64,000 nt of DNA from Spirochaetia bacterium (GTDB lineage Bacteria; Spirochaetota; Spirochaetia; SZUA-6; Bin103), in contig CBDAOI010000004.1 of the NCBI GenBank assembly GCA_965198005.1, positions 224,001 to 288,000 of the forward strand. The letters are read 5' to 3'. Below are positions 1-12,582 of the stretch, one piece after another (position 1 is the stretch's first letter; each line of letters begins with the position of its first letter). Below the pieces are notes generated by a model that was not told the DNA's origin, made no database searches, and saw nothing but the letters and a program-made list of their open reading frames with translations. Made by a program: the position numbers and the translations under genes.

Positions 1-97
1 GCCGTCCGCCAGCCCCGACATCAGGGCGCTGGGCCGAGCGGGTTGGCGCCGTGGTCGGAAGAGTTGGCCTCGCCGAGCACCAACAGCCCAGGCACCG
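1..97 (-). pseudogene. sdhA: Degenerate internal fragment of sdhA (second copy, may extend left of the window)
   Basis: Aligns by eye to 4602-4698 of the intact sdhA (VPGL.VLGEAN.SDHGAN.LG) with about 10 substitutions and one 1-nt indel. Confidence 0.85.
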
Positions 98-148
98 ACT
101 GTCAGGTGTTTGCGTGAACCACCATAGTCTCATACCGTGTGCCAGCCG

Positions 149-525
149 ATGAGCTACCGCGAGCCCCTACCGGAAGGATGTCCACCCGATGAGGCAGAAG
201 AGATCAACACCCAACGGGACGTGTTCCGCTTGGTGCGGGACAGAACGCCGACGGAGGAGGATTTCAGGTCACAGCGCGCGGAGAGACCGGGCCGTACATT
301 CCGAGGTGTCACCGAATGCCAGGCAAGCGGGTTGTCTGTGCACACCGATCGTCGCGATACCGAACGGCGCTGAAGATTCCCAGCCTGCGCGGGCGCTTTA
401 TCTGTCGACTACGATTGGAAGCAGGCGCGGGTAGGATTCAGCAGACGGGAGCGCCCTCCCATCACACTTGGTGGCCGCTGGCGGATTTTGATATTCTGAG
501 TCGTTGTAAAGTGGAAGGACCATGA
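149..525 (+). CDS. Small hypothetical protein, possibly ADP-ribosyltransferase-like fold; frameshift near 365
   Basis: ORFs 137-373 and 316-525 join into one protein if one G is restored at cggcgc (DTER-ALKIP); FRL, GLSV and SHHTWW motifs; ATGA overlap with the next gene. Confidence 0.55.
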
Positions 526-1667
526 AGGTAGTCAAGGCAGCGAGCATACTCTACTACTACGACGGCCCTCAGGTGATCGAGGCTCGCGACACCATCGGTG
601 GACACTATATTGCAGTGATGGTAGCCCCCGAGGAGAAACACGATCGCTACCTTGTGACTGGCGTTGCCCCGGAGCGGCTGCGCCAGTTTCGATCCGGCAG
701 GCTCGACTTGCGGGCGCTGCTGGCCGAATCGGACACGGGCGAGTGGTTTATCGGGTCGGCCCCGGCCGGCCCGGACCAGCTCATGGCGCTCGAGGCGCAG
801 CACACATCCCTCGTTCACAGCGGATTGCTGCCCGACGGTGGCTTCATGTTGCATGACCGGCCCTCGGACGATCTCGCACTGAATGAGGCTCGCTTGCGTA
901 ACAACTTGGTGATAGAGGTCACTACCGACCCTCCAGAGGCTACACAAGGGCATCGTATCCGAGTAGGTGCGCTCACCGGGCTGCTGAGTCACTTTCAATC
1001 CATGGTCACTCATGCTTATCGCGCCGCTTTCCGAGACCTGTCAACTAGTACTCGGCGCAACATCGATTCGGAAGATGCTCATCTGATGGATGTCGTAGTC
1101 CCTGCTGCCGCGGGTTCATTTCGTGTTGTGCTGGAGGCATCTCAAGAGCCAGACCTGTTTGGCCTTCGCGACCTGGCGCGTGCTTTACAACGAGTCGATA
1201 TGCTCTTCGAGCATACGGATGATCCGCAGCAGTCGCTCATTTCCTTGAAGCAACATCGTGGACATCTGGCCGGATCCTATCTGCGACTCGTCGGCTTCCT
1301 CCTACAACACAAGATGAGTTTCAGCTATTCGTGGGCACAGCCAACGTCAGTAAAGGCCAGCTTCCGATCTGTATCTGAGTCTCAGGCACAGTCACTCGTG
1401 GAAGTTCTTTCGGAAGTATCGAATCTCGGTAGCGAGTCAGTCACGCTTGTCGGAGAATTCGAGAAAGTGAACCGCGGTATAGGGTCCTGGGGATTGCTGA
1501 CGAAAGATGGAGTGCACTCTGGTAGGGTGAAGGATGGCGGGCCAAGTTTGAATGGTCTGAGAGTTGGACGGAGTTACAGATTTATCTGCGCCGAGGAAAT
1601 AGAGGAAGTCACAGGTACGGGTCGCGAATCTCGCACGCTATACTTGAATGAATTCGAACCAGCATGA
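522..1667 (+). CDS. Hypothetical protein with DUF6575-like N-terminal domain
   Basis: 381-aa ORF with GGAAGGA RBS; N-terminus ILYYYDGPQV...ERLRQFRSGRLDLR resembles DUF6575 from memory. Confidence 0.7.
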   Translation: MKVVKAASILYYYDGPQVIEARDTIGGHYIAVMVAPEEKHDRYLVTGVAPERLRQFRSGRLDLRALLAESDTGEWFIGSAPAGPDQLMALEAQHTSLVHSGLLPDGGFMLHDRPSDDLALNEARLRNNLVIEVTTDPPEATQGHRIRVGALTGLLSHFQSMVTHAYRAAFRDLSTSTRRNIDSEDAHLMDVVVPAAAGSFRVVLEASQEPDLFGLRDLARALQRVDMLFEHTDDPQQSLISLKQHRGHLAGSYLRLVGFLLQHKMSFSYSWAQPTSVKASFRSVSESQAQSLVEVLSEVSNLGSESVTLVGEFEKVNRGIGSWGLLTKDGVHSGRVKDGGPSLNGLRVGRSYRFICAEEIEEVTGTGRESRTLYLNEFEPA

Positions 1668-1937
1668 CCCTCAATGCTTCCGAATGGCTTAAGCGATTGG
1701 TACGCAAAGGATACTCCCAGGAGGCCTCCCGGTGGGAGAACCCTCAGCCTGGCCCGTACCCGATGGGAAACGAAACCAAATGAATGCGATGACGATGCAA
1801 TAGAGAGAGTAGGCCACTATGCTCCAACGGTGCGTGAAATCCCGAATATAGATCACGAACAGCTTCGAGGGAAGACTGGCGCTCCCATTACCCATTCCAT
1901 CGCGGTTCCTCCAGAGTAGCGGCGGCGCCGAGTGGCG

Positions 1938-2498
1938 TCAGCAACCCGGGAGCAGTGGGCGCGGTTTCGTTTGCAGGTCGCAGTCCTTCACCCCGTCGAT
2001 GTTGACGGTATTCCACCCCAACACCCCGGTCAGGTTGGCGGCATACAGGTTTGCGCCGCTCAGATCCGCATCGGTCAGATTGGCACGGCTCAGGTCGGCA
2101 ACACCCAACAACGCGAACTCAAGGGACGCGCCGGTCAGATCAGCGTCGGTAAGGTTCACCTCCCACAGACTTGCCCCGCTCAGCACGGCACCGCGCAGGC
2201 TCGCTCCGCTCAAATAAGCGCGGGTCAGAACGGCGAAGGTCAGGTTGGCACCAGACAGATCGACACGGAGCAGATTTGCCCCGATCAGGTCTGCGCCGAT
2301 CAGGTTCGCGTCGCGCAGGATTGCGTCGTCCATAATCGCGCCGTGTAGATCGGCGCCGCTCAGGTCCGTTCCGATCAGGATCGTTTCGCTCAGGTACGCG
2401 CGTGTCAACTCTGCATCGCTCAGATCGGCCCGGCTCAGGTCGGCCCGGTCGAAGTCGGCACGGGTCAGGCCTGCACCGCTCCGATCCACACCCGCCAA
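1938..2498 (-). CDS. Pentapeptide repeat protein (probably 5'-truncated)
   Basis: Continuous A(D/N)LxX repeats (ADLSR, ADLSG, ANLTG). Confidence 0.85.
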   Translation of the reverse strand: MAGVDRSGAGLTRADFDRADLSRADLSDAELTRAYLSETILIGTDLSGADLHGAIMDDAILRDANLIGADLIGANLLRVDLSGANLTFAVLTRAYLSGASLRGAVLSGASLWEVNLTDADLTGASLEFALLGVADLSRANLTDADLSGANLYAANLTGVLGWNTVNIDGVKDCDLQTKPRPLLPGC

Positions 2499-3250
2499 GT
2501 CGCGAATTGAATCGCTCCATCGTAGTCAGCCTTCGAGTAGTTGAAATGGTACTCTTTATCCAACGTACTAGCTAGATCGTGTATCGTATCGGACATGTTT
2601 TTTCGATTCTGTAAAGCGAAGTGTGTGAGCTCGAATACAAGATTGTAGCGTGACGTACCGTTGGGATTGAAGTTAGTCACTAGATCGATGAGCTTCTTCT
2701 TGCACCGGTCAATCCGATCTCTGTCGCGAATGAACAGTGCCATTCGATATGCAGCTACGATTGCCTGTGTTACCAACAGTCCGAAATCATGATTCGGATA
2801 GATGGCGTCCTGGTTCACGTAAGAATCAACACACTGCAAGTAGGAATCGACCGCTCGCCGTGCATGTGCCACCGTCCGCTCTGCTGCCGTCCACAAAACG
2901 TGGGCGTATCGCGCAACAAGCGTGGGATTATTAGTCCTGCTAAGTCGATGATTCAAGTACGAACGATGTTGCTTTTGGAACGTCATAGGATCCGGCCATT
3001 CAAAGGAATTGCCGTCTTTGTCAGTTCCGGAGAATGGGCCTACCAAGTCGCCATCTTGAAGATCGAAGTGCAGCGCATCGACTTCGATCTGAGCCAGATG
3101 CGCTTCATCAGTCTCGCCGGCGGCGTAAAGCCTGTCGCGAGTGTTCTGCGCAATCTCGCCAAGTGACTGGATATGCGGGAACTCGTGGGCGTGAGCGTCC
3201 GCGTAAGCTTCGAAATCGCTTAGTCGGTCGAAAGTGGGTAGGTCCGAACT
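2490..3250 (-). pseudogene. Truncated AT-richer hypothetical gene (resembles the N-terminus of DUF4209-type proteins)
   Basis: Protein-like reading (FSGTDKDGNSFEWPD...LVARYAHVLW) in the distal part of ORF 2465-3820; no clear start; runs into the pentapeptide gene. Confidence 0.5.
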
Positions 3251-3261
3251 CTTCGTTCGGG

Positions 3262-4026
3262 TCAGGGGGTGAGCTTGGCGGCGAGGAATTCGCGGTTGAG
3301 GCGGGCGATGTTGGCGAAGGAGATCTCCTTGGGGCAGTCGCCCTCGCACTCGCGCTCGTTGGTGCAGGCGCCGAAGCCCTCGGCGTCCATGGCGGCCACC
3401 ATGGCGGCGGCGCGGCGGCGACGCTCGGGGGCGCCCTGCGGCAGCAGGGCGAGTTGCGCCACCTTGGCACCGGCGAACAGCATGGCCGCGGCGTTCTTGC
3501 AGGAGGCGACGCAGGCGCCGCAGCCGATGCAGGCGGCGGCGTCCATCGCCTGGTCGGCGTCCGCGCGCGGCACCGGCAACGAGTTGGCCTCCGGCGCGCT
3601 GCCGGTGTTGACCGAGATGAAGCCGCCGGCCTGAATCACGCGGTCGAAGGCGGAGCGGTCCACCACCAGGTCCTTGAGCACCGGAAAGGCGCGCGCCCGC
3701 CACGGCTCCAGCACGATCCGTTCGCCGTCGTGGAAGTGGCGCAGGTGGAGTTGGCACACGGTCACCCCGCGCCGCGGCCCGTGGGCGCGGCCGTTGATCA
3801 GGAAGCCGCAGCTCCCGCAAATCCCCTCGCGGCAGTCATGCTCGAACGCCACCGGCTCCTCGCCGGCACGCTCCAGCCGCTCGTTGAGGACGTCGAGCAG
3901 CTCCAGGAACGACATGTCGGGCACCGCCTCGTCCATCTCGTAGCTCACGAAGCGGCCGGCGTCCCGCGGCCCCGACTGGCGCCAGATCTCCAGGTGCAGT
4001 TTCATGCCGCCGCTCCCATCACCCAT
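3262..4026 (-). CDS. sdhB: Succinate dehydrogenase/fumarate reductase iron-sulfur subunit
   Basis: [21 protein letters not shown] and [12 protein letters not shown] cysteine motifs; follows sdhA. Confidence 0.95.
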   Translation of the reverse strand: MGDGSGGMKLHLEIWRQSGPRDAGRFVSYEMDEAVPDMSFLELLDVLNERLERAGEEPVAFEHDCREGICGSCGFLINGRAHGPRRGVTVCQLHLRHFHDGERIVLEPWRARAFPVLKDLVVDRSAFDRVIQAGGFISVNTGSAPEANSLPVPRADADQAMDAAACIGCGACVASCKNAAAMLFAGAKVAQLALLPQGAPERRRRAAAMVAAMDAEGFGACTNERECEGDCPKEISFANIARLNREFLAAKLTP

Positions 4027-4031
4027 TCCCT

Positions 4032-5959
<1,928 letters not shown>

Positions 5960-5960
<1 letters not shown>

Positions 5961-6619
5961 CAGGCCAGACTCCGGGCGAAGAACACGATCGGCAGCGACG
6001 CGAAGGCCGCGGCGAACCCCACCGCCAGCACCAGCCCCACCCCGTGCAGCAGGGGCGTGTAGCGCTGGTGCTCAAGGCCGAGCGTGCGCAGCGCGCTCAG
6101 GAAGCCGTGCGCCAGGTGCAGGCCGAGCAGCACCATGGCGATCACGTACAGCGCCGCGTAGCCGGGCAGGGCGAAGGTCTCGGCGACCACCTTGTACAGC
6201 GATTCGCCCGCGGCCGCGCGCCCGAAGCGCGCCTCCCAGAAGAAGTTGCGCAGGTGCACGACGATGAAGATGAACACCACGCTGCCGCTGACGATCATGC
6301 TGCGCGAGGCCAGGGTGCTGAACCCGGCATGCCGCTTCACGCGGTAGCGCTGCGGGCGGGCGCGCCGGTTGCGGATGGTAAGCTGCACGCCGCTGACGGC
6401 GTGTGCCACGATCGCCAGGAACAGCACCACCTCGACGACCCGCACCAGCGCGTTGCCGGAGATCGACGCGGCGTGGTGGTTGAATGCCTCCTCGCCGACG
6501 TACAGGTACAGGTTCCCGTACAGGTGAACGGCGAGGAACAGCACCAGGAACAGGCCGGTGACCGCCATCAGCACCTTCTTGCCGATGGACGTGCAAAGCA
6601 GATCGAGCAACCAACGCAT
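5960..6619 (-). CDS. sdhC: Succinate dehydrogenase cytochrome b subunit (5-TM)
   Basis: [12 protein letters not shown] start, heme-ligand histidines, hydrophobic helices, operon position. Confidence 0.93.
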
Positions 6620-6740
6620 GGGCGAGTGAGAGACAGTCCTACTCTACCCTAGACCTCGGCGCCGCCGCCAGTGGCTGCTTGAGAGGATTGACAGGATGGA
6701 TACGCCGTCCAGGCCGGCAGCCCAAACGAGTCCACCAGAC

Positions 6741-8105
6741 TCACGGCGCCCGGAGCTCTACCGCGGTTTCATATAGCCTCGTACGTTGGTGCACGGTACC
6801 CACACGTACTGAAGAGTTGACGATACTGTTGCCGGTTCGTTTGCTTCGCACTTCGTGCAGTTCGACAACCTTGAATCCTTCTCTTTCGGCGATTTCCGCG
6901 AATAGTCGGTCCGTTTGAAACTCCATGCCTTGGAGGATGTTGTTTCCGATGACGACGACGACGGTACTACCGGGACGCATGCGAGAAAGTGTAAGGGCAC
7001 AGAAACGCTGACAGTCATTGAAGTAGGCGGCAGCGTAGTTGGCCCACCCTGCGCCACCGTAGGCACCTTTCTCCGGATGTAGCGCCCTCAGTTCCTCCAA
7101 TTGTTTGGCCAAGTGGTCGAGCGGTGGCTCAAGGGCGATTTCCGGACCGGATCGCACGGTCTGCCAGAATTGACCGAAGTTCTGCTGTTCCATTGTCTTC
7201 AGGTTGCTGGCCTCCTTGGTCATTCCCAACCAGAAGAGATGCGGGCGAGTATTCCTGATGTAATGATAGTTGTTCAGATATGGCGGCGAAGTGATAAGCG
7301 CATCGATGCTGCGCGCCTCCGTTCTCTGCACATGATCGAAGTATGACAGTGGATGGACTATCGCCCGCGGTACTTGTTCGTGTTGTTTCATCCAACCCTG
7401 AAACGTAACGATGTCATCACGCATTCCCAACAGCTTTCGGCGTACTATACCGAACACGTCGGCATGCTGGATAGTGGGTTTTCCGGCGCCGGCTCGCGTG
7501 CCGAGACTCGGCTCATAGGAGTAGTTGGAAAAACTCACCATCACCGAACCAAAGGCCACACGAAACAGGTCCATTACCCATGCTTTGGTACGTTGCATAA
7601 TGAAATCCATGCAGGCCAATACTTGTCGTTCTACGTCGTCGCTGAAGAACGGAACGCGACTCCGAAAGCCGCCGGGGCGTTTGGAAGATGGATTGATTGT
7701 CAACCAGGATTCGTCGTCACCATAGTCCTCGAACTGAGTGATTGAAGTCTCGAATTCGGCCACGTCGTATCGATTGGAAGCGGCCTTGACTCGGCAGGCA
7801 AGCGCAGCGTACGGGTTGATTTCGTAACCAACGGCGTCGTCGCCTTGTTTGAGCGCTTCGATCAGCGTGGTGCCGACTCCCGCAAACGGATCCAGAACGC
7901 GCATCCTGCGGCGGCGGGTCCGTACGCGGTCGAGCACGTCGGCTACGAACGATCCCGAAAATCCAGCGATCCACGGGACCCAGCGATGCAGAGTTCGATC
8001 ATGGTTCTCGGCAAACGCCGTGTCCCGGAATGTCGCCGCTTCCGGCGCAGCAAGCGTCGGCAGGCGGGTCCGGCTCACCATGCAGAGGGAACTATCTTCG
8101 CTCAT
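6741..8105 (-). CDS. Orphan DNA methyltransferase, alpha class, likely N4-cytosine
   Basis: Motif I VLDPFAGVGTT precedes motif IV ITSPPY; start uncertain (8105 or 8081). Confidence 0.88.
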   Translation of the reverse strand: MSEDSSLCMVSRTRLPTLAAPEAATFRDTAFAENHDRTLHRWVPWIAGFSGSFVADVLDRVRTRRRRMRVLDPFAGVGTTLIEALKQGDDAVGYEINPYAALACRVKAASNRYDVAEFETSITQFEDYGDDESWLTINPSSKRPGGFRSRVPFFSDDVERQVLACMDFIMQRTKAWVMDLFRVAFGSVMVSFSNYSYEPSLGTRAGAGKPTIQHADVFGIVRRKLLGMRDDIVTFQGWMKQHEQVPRAIVHPLSYFDHVQRTEARSIDALITSPPYLNNYHYIRNTRPHLFWLGMTKEASNLKTMEQQNFGQFWQTVRSGPEIALEPPLDHLAKQLEELRALHPEKGAYGGAGWANYAAAYFNDCQRFCALTLSRMRPGSTVVVVIGNNILQGMEFQTDRLFAEIAEREGFKVVELHEVRSKRTGNSIVNSSVRVGTVHQRTRLYETAVELRAP

Positions 8106-8234
8106 ATTCCCGTAAGCTATCTCAATGGTTACACAGATGAACGTCAAGGCCTCGGCCAGCGCAGGATCTCTGCAGGGGAACTATCTTCGCTCATATTCCC
8201 GTAAGCTATCTCATGGTTACACAGAGGTCAAGGC
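8081..8234. repeat. Imperfect direct repeat of about 65 bp covering the methyltransferase 5' end
   Basis: gggaactatcttcgctcatattcccgtaagctatctca..tggttacacaga occurs at 8081-8150 and 8171-8234. Confidence 0.9.
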
Positions 8235-8337
8235 TGAACCAGTCGGGGTGAACCTCGGTGTGCGCCAGCGGGAGCCGGCGGGGCCCGCGGCGGTGACTGG
8301 TCGCGGCGCCGGTTTGGGCGTAGATTGAGACTGGATT

Positions 8338-9666
8338 ATGGTTACCAAGGAACAGGCGCTTGCCGCGCTGGCGCAGATTGTCGACCCCGATCTGGGGCGG
8401 GACATCGTCGCGCTCGGGTTCATCACCAATCTGGAGATCGACGACGGGCACGTGCTGGTGGAGATTCGCATCACGACTCCCGCGTGTCCGGTGCGCGACC
8501 AGTTCAAGTCCGAGGCGGAGCGGCTGGTGGGGGCGCTACCGGGGACCCGCTCGGTCACCGTGACCATCACCAGCGCGCCGCCGCAGTCCGCCGCCCGACG
8601 CACCGCCACGCAGCGCCCGCCGGCGGAGCGCGAGAGCGGGCTGGGCCAGGTGGGGGCGCTGATCGCCGTCGCCTCCTGCAAGGGCGGAGTGGGCAAGTCA
8701 ACCGTGGCGGCGGCGCTGGCGTGCGAGCTGGCGCAGCGCGGCCACCGCGTCGGGCTGCTGGACACCGACATCTTCGGGCCGTCGATTCCGACCCTGTTCG
8801 ACTGCCGCGGCCTGGAGCTGCAGGCCGGTCCCGGCAACATGCTGCTGCCGGCGCAGGTCGGCGCCCTCAAGCTGATGTCGTTCGGCTTCTGGCTCGGCGA
8901 CGCCCCGGCGGTGATGCGCGGGCCGATGGTGACCAACTACATCCAGCAGCTCCTGCACGGCGTGCACTGGGGCGAGCTGGACTACCTGTTCCTCGACCTG
9001 CCGCCCGGCACCGGCGACATTCAGCTCACCATCACCCAGGCGGTGCAGTTGGGCGGAGCGGTGGTGGTCACCACCCCGCAGCCGCTGGCGCTGGCGGACG
9101 TCGGCAAGGGCATCCTGATGTTCGACAAGGTGAGGGTGCCGGTGCTGGGAGTGGTCGAGAACATGGCCTACTTCGAAGCCGGGGGCGAGCGCCACGCGGT
9201 GTTCGGCAGCGACGGCGCGCGCCAGCTCCAGGAGCGGTTCGGGGTGGACGTGCTGGGGCAGCTCCCGCTCGACCCACAGCGCTACGGGCGCACCTTCGGC
9301 GGGGAGCAGGACCTGCCGGAGGTCGCGCAGGCCGCGGACCGGATGGTGCGCGCGCTGGGCAAGGCGTCGGTGGCGCAGGAGAGCATCAGCGTCGAGCACG
9401 ACGCCGCGCGGATCACGCTGCGCTGGGCCGACGGCAAGACCGTGTCGGTGGCCAACCGGGAGTTGCGCGCAAGCTGCCGCTGCGCCCACTGCATCAACGA
9501 GTTCACCGGCGAGCGCACCGCCGACCCGGCGGCGATTCCGGCCGACATCCAGCCGCAGGAGATCCGCACCGTCGGCAACTACGCCCTGTCGATCACCTGG
9601 AGCGACGGCCACAGCACCGGTCTGTTCCCCTATCCGACGATCGAACAGCTTGCGGCCGCGACATGA
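8338..9666 (+). CDS. apbC: Mrp/ApbC Fe-S carrier ATPase with N-terminal DUF59 and C-terminal DUF971 (HCF101-like)
   Basis: DPDLGRDIV..TTPACP, ASCKGGVGKST, DLPPGTGD, LRASCRCAHC...WSDGHSTG. Confidence 0.92.
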   Translation: MVTKEQALAALAQIVDPDLGRDIVALGFITNLEIDDGHVLVEIRITTPACPVRDQFKSEAERLVGALPGTRSVTVTITSAPPQSAARRTATQRPPAERESGLGQVGALIAVASCKGGVGKSTVAAALACELAQRGHRVGLLDTDIFGPSIPTLFDCRGLELQAGPGNMLLPAQVGALKLMSFGFWLGDAPAVMRGPMVTNYIQQLLHGVHWGELDYLFLDLPPGTGDIQLTITQAVQLGGAVVVTTPQPLALADVGKGILMFDKVRVPVLGVVENMAYFEAGGERHAVFGSDGARQLQERFGVDVLGQLPLDPQRYGRTFGGEQDLPEVAQAADRMVRALGKASVAQESISVEHDAARITLRWADGKTVSVANRELRASCRCAHCINEFTGERTADPAAIPADIQPQEIRTVGNYALSITWSDGHSTGLFPYPTIEQLAAAT

Positions 9667-9979
9667 GTCACAGCCTGCGCATCTGCGTCGGGCCGACCTG
9701 CGGCGTCAACTTCTCGAGTGACCTGCTGGTCGAGGCCGAGGACCATCCCCGCGCCGACCTGGAAATGCAGCGTTGCGGGTGCCTCGGCCATTGCGAAGAG
9801 GGGCCCAACCTGATGCTCGACGGCACCGTGCACGTCGGCATGACCCCGGAGCGGTTGCGCGTGGCAGTGGCGGTCCTGCCGGCAGCGCCGGGAGCTGGTA
9901 CGGCAGATCAGCACGGAGCTGCGCGGCCGGCAGCCGCTGCCGCCGCTGTGCCCGGAAGCGCCGTGGAGCTGCGACCTGA
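9663..9979 (+). CDS. Thioredoxin-like [2Fe-2S] ferredoxin; 3' end uncertain
   Basis: ICVGPTC...GCLGHCEEGPN; ATGA overlap with apbC; the frame stays open to 10289, so the true stop at 9979 needs a frameshift. Confidence 0.7.
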
Positions 9980-9994
9980 GCCGCCGGATCGCCG

Positions 9995-10285
9995 CGGCCG
10001 GCCTGCCGCCGGCGCTGGCGAGCGCCCTGCAGGCGGCAGACTCCTTCTCGCGCGCCACGAGCTTGACGATGGCCGACGAGTCGAGGTAGCTGACCCGTTC
10101 AGCGCTCATCGCTGCGCAGGCGCGCGAGCCGGACTGACGGCGGCTCCGTTCCAGGATCGAGATCGACCGGCTCAGGGAGGTCGTTCGCCGAGCCCGTGGC
10201 CTCCTCCAGGTCGCCCGCCGCGCGCAGTTGGTCGAGCGGCGAGGAGTTGGGAATCGGGATCAGCAGGGCGATCGGGGTGCTACTT
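9995..10285 (-). pseudogene. Remnant antitoxin (3' part) and PIN/VapC toxin (5' part)
   Basis: PIALLIPI...SVRLARLRSDER overlaps MSAERVSYLDSSAIVKLVAREKES, which then degenerates. Confidence 0.7.
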
Positions 10286-10340
10286 GTAGCACTTTTGGAA
10301 GCATCGATCAACGCCCTCAATCTAGAGCGTTTGCGTCGGG

Positions 10341-11711
10341 TCAGTCGAGGACGGCGAGCATCTCCGTTACCGTGGTGAATTTCTCGCGTGGTTTGCCGTG
10401 CGGCTGGCCGCGCGCCACCTCGGCGGCGTCGATCCGCTGCCAGTCGGCGTAGCTGATCACGCGTACGTTGCGCGCTGCCAGCAGCTCCTGCAGCGGCGCC
10501 GTGTCCGGGTTCGCGCAACCCGGCAGCGACGGCAGGTCCTGCAGCAGCTTGGCCACCGTTTCCCCGCTGTCGGGCTTGTTGGTGCCGATCACGCCGGAGG
10601 GGCCGCGCTTGATCCAGCCGGCGGCGTACAGCCCCGGCACCGGCGCGCCGTCGTCGACGATCCGCCCCGCATCGTTGGGGAACACCCCGCGCCGCGCCTC
10701 GAACGGCACGCCCGGCATCTCGATCCCCCGGTAGCCGACGCTGCGGAAGAACAGGCCGCAGTCCATGGCCGTGGTCGCGCCGGTGCCTTCCGCCCACTGA
10801 TTGCCCGCGTCGCCGGCCAGCCGGTTGCGCTCCAGCACCAGCGACTCCACCCTGCCGTTGCCGGCCAGCTCGCGCGGGCTGCGGAAGAAGTGCACTACGA
10901 TGCGGCGGCTCTTCCCGGCCGGCTGCAGGACGCGCTGCTCCGCCAGCACCTTCCAGTTGCGGCCGGCGCCGATGTTCGCCGGATCGTCCAGTTCCGCCTG
11001 GCTCGCGGGGTTCAGCTCGAAGTCCCCCAGGTCGTTGAACACCAGGTCGCAGTCCGCCAGCTCGCCCAGCTCGCGGATCTCCTTGTTGGTGAACGCCGCC
11101 TGCACCGGCCCGCGCCGGCCGACCATGTGCACTTCCTTCACCTTGCTCTCGGCCAGGGCGTCGAGCGCATGGGCCGCGATGTCGGTGTGCTTCAGCTCGT
11201 CCACCGTCTTGGCCAGCACGCGGGTCACGTCCACCGCTACGTTGCCCTGGCCGATCACCACGGCCACCTCCTGCGAGAGGTCGAACGAGCGCCCCAGATA
11301 GTCGGGATGGCCGTTGTACCAGCCGACGAACTCGGTGGCGGTGTGACTGCCGGGCAGCTCGACGCCGGGAATGCCCAACGTGCGGTCGGTCTCCGCGCCA
11401 CAGGTAAAGATGACCGCGTCGTAGTGCCCGCGCAGCTCGGCCACGCTCAGGTCGCGCCCCACCTGCACGTTGCCCAGAAAGCTGAAGGCGTGATCCTTGG
11501 CGATTCGCTCGTAGACGCGGATCACGTTCTTGATCTTGGGATGGTCGGGAGCGACCCCGCCGCGCACCAGGCCGAACGGGGTCGGCAGGCGATCGTACAT
11601 GTCGACGGCCACCTCCTGATCCGCCTTGATCAGGGTGTCGGCCGCGTAGAATCCGGAAGGGCCACTGCCCACGATGGCGACCCGCGCGGGGCGCCCTGAG
11701 ATCGTGCTCAT
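10341..11711 (-). CDS. Ferredoxin--NADP+ reductase (adrenodoxin-reductase/FprA type)
   Basis: [29 protein letters not shown] and [14 protein letters not shown] motifs. Confidence 0.93.
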   Translation of the reverse strand: MSTISGRPARVAIVGSGPSGFYAADTLIKADQEVAVDMYDRLPTPFGLVRGGVAPDHPKIKNVIRVYERIAKDHAFSFLGNVQVGRDLSVAELRGHYDAVIFTCGAETDRTLGIPGVELPGSHTATEFVGWYNGHPDYLGRSFDLSQEVAVVIGQGNVAVDVTRVLAKTVDELKHTDIAAHALDALAESKVKEVHMVGRRGPVQAAFTNKEIRELGELADCDLVFNDLGDFELNPASQAELDDPANIGAGRNWKVLAEQRVLQPAGKSRRIVVHFFRSPRELAGNGRVESLVLERNRLAGDAGNQWAEGTGATTAMDCGLFFRSVGYRGIEMPGVPFEARRGVFPNDAGRIVDDGAPVPGLYAAGWIKRGPSGVIGTNKPDSGETVAKLLQDLPSLPGCANPDTAPLQELLAARNVRVISYADWQRIDAAEVARGQPHGKPREKFTTVTEMLAVLD

Positions 11712-11881
11712 GCTGTCTCCTGGGGAATAACGCGTCTCGGCGATTGCTCCGGCTCTGGCCGCGGGCGCGCTTCGACGCTACTGTTCCATCATATGATGGT
11801 CCCTGCGGCTGTCAACCGCCGTCCAGCCCAGGTCGTGCGGGCCGTCCGCGCCGGAGCCCGGCGGCGTTCCGGAGCGCCCCG

Positions 11882-12046
11882 GTGCTGATCGCCGGGAAAG
11901 TGCTGCAGGCGGCGGCGCTGGCCTATCTGGGGGTGAGCTACGCCGTCACGCTGCCGGCCACCCCGCGCGGCCGCGACCTGGCGATCGCCGCCGGCGTGTT
12001 TGTGGTGGGCTGGCTGCTGATACGGGGCCGGGCGGGCAGGACGTGA
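11882..12046 (+). CDS. Small two-helix membrane protein
   Basis: Hydrophobic reading GKVLQAAALAYLG...GVFVVGWLL; start uncertain. Confidence 0.5.
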   Translation: MLIAGKVLQAAALAYLGVSYAVTLPATPRGRDLAIAAGVFVVGWLLIRGRAGRT

Positions 12047-12198
12047 CGCACGAGGAACCCGGCAGCGACCAGTCCCGCCGCACGGTTCTCAAGTTCGACA
12101 GCGGCCGCCGCGGCTTTATACGGGCCATCGTGACCCTGGCGATCGCCGCCGGCGGCCTGCTGGTATTTGCCGTGTACTTTTTCTGGAACCTGCTGTAG
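12043..12198 (+). CDS. Small single-TM protein (51 aa, not in the ORF track)
   Basis: GTGA overlap with the previous ORF; MTHEEPG...IVTLAIAAGGLLVFAVYFFWNLL. Confidence 0.55.
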   Translation: MTHEEPGSDQSRRTVLKFDSGRRGFIRAIVTLAIAAGGLLVFAVYFFWNLL

Positions 12199-12252
12199 CC
12201 GCTCCGTCCCGTGCAGTCTGTGTGGTACCGTAGCGCGGCGCCGGCAGCCGTG

Positions 12253-12582
12253 CTATTCCGCCGCGGCCGCTTCCGAACCGGATGACGCACCGGGGCCCAG
12301 GCTGCGGAGGGTGTCCTTTACCTGCCGGATCCTCTCAAACCCGTCGTGAATCTGATCGAACAGGTCGGCGCGCGCCTTGATGCCTTCCTGCACGAGGAAG
12401 GCGATGGCCGCCGCGCGGCTGGTCACGAGCTCCGCCTCGACCAGTTCGTCGATGCGTTTCAGGCTGTCGGCATCGGGGCGCACCGACACCGAGTTGGCAC
12501 GCGCATCCAGCGCGCCCGTGACGGCACCGGTGACGGCATCGGTCGCACCCGACACGATGTTCTCCACTCTCTTCTTGAGCAT
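12253..12582 (-). CDS. Ribbon-helix-helix-like protein
   Basis: GAGG RBS; SVSVRPDADSLKRIDELVEAELVTSRAAAIAFLVQEG. Confidence 0.7.
   Translation of the reverse strand: MLKKRVENIVSGATDAVTGAVTGALDARANSVSVRPDADSLKRIDELVEAELVTSRAAAIAFLVQEGIKARADLFDQIHDGFERIRQVKDTLRSLGPGASSGSEAAAAE

Noticed and set aside
1674-1919. Small ORFs on both strands
   Set aside because: Cannot tell which, if either, is real
8325-10289. 654-aa ORF as one protein
   Set aside because: Only the part from 9663 is protein-like; the rest overlaps apbC out of frame
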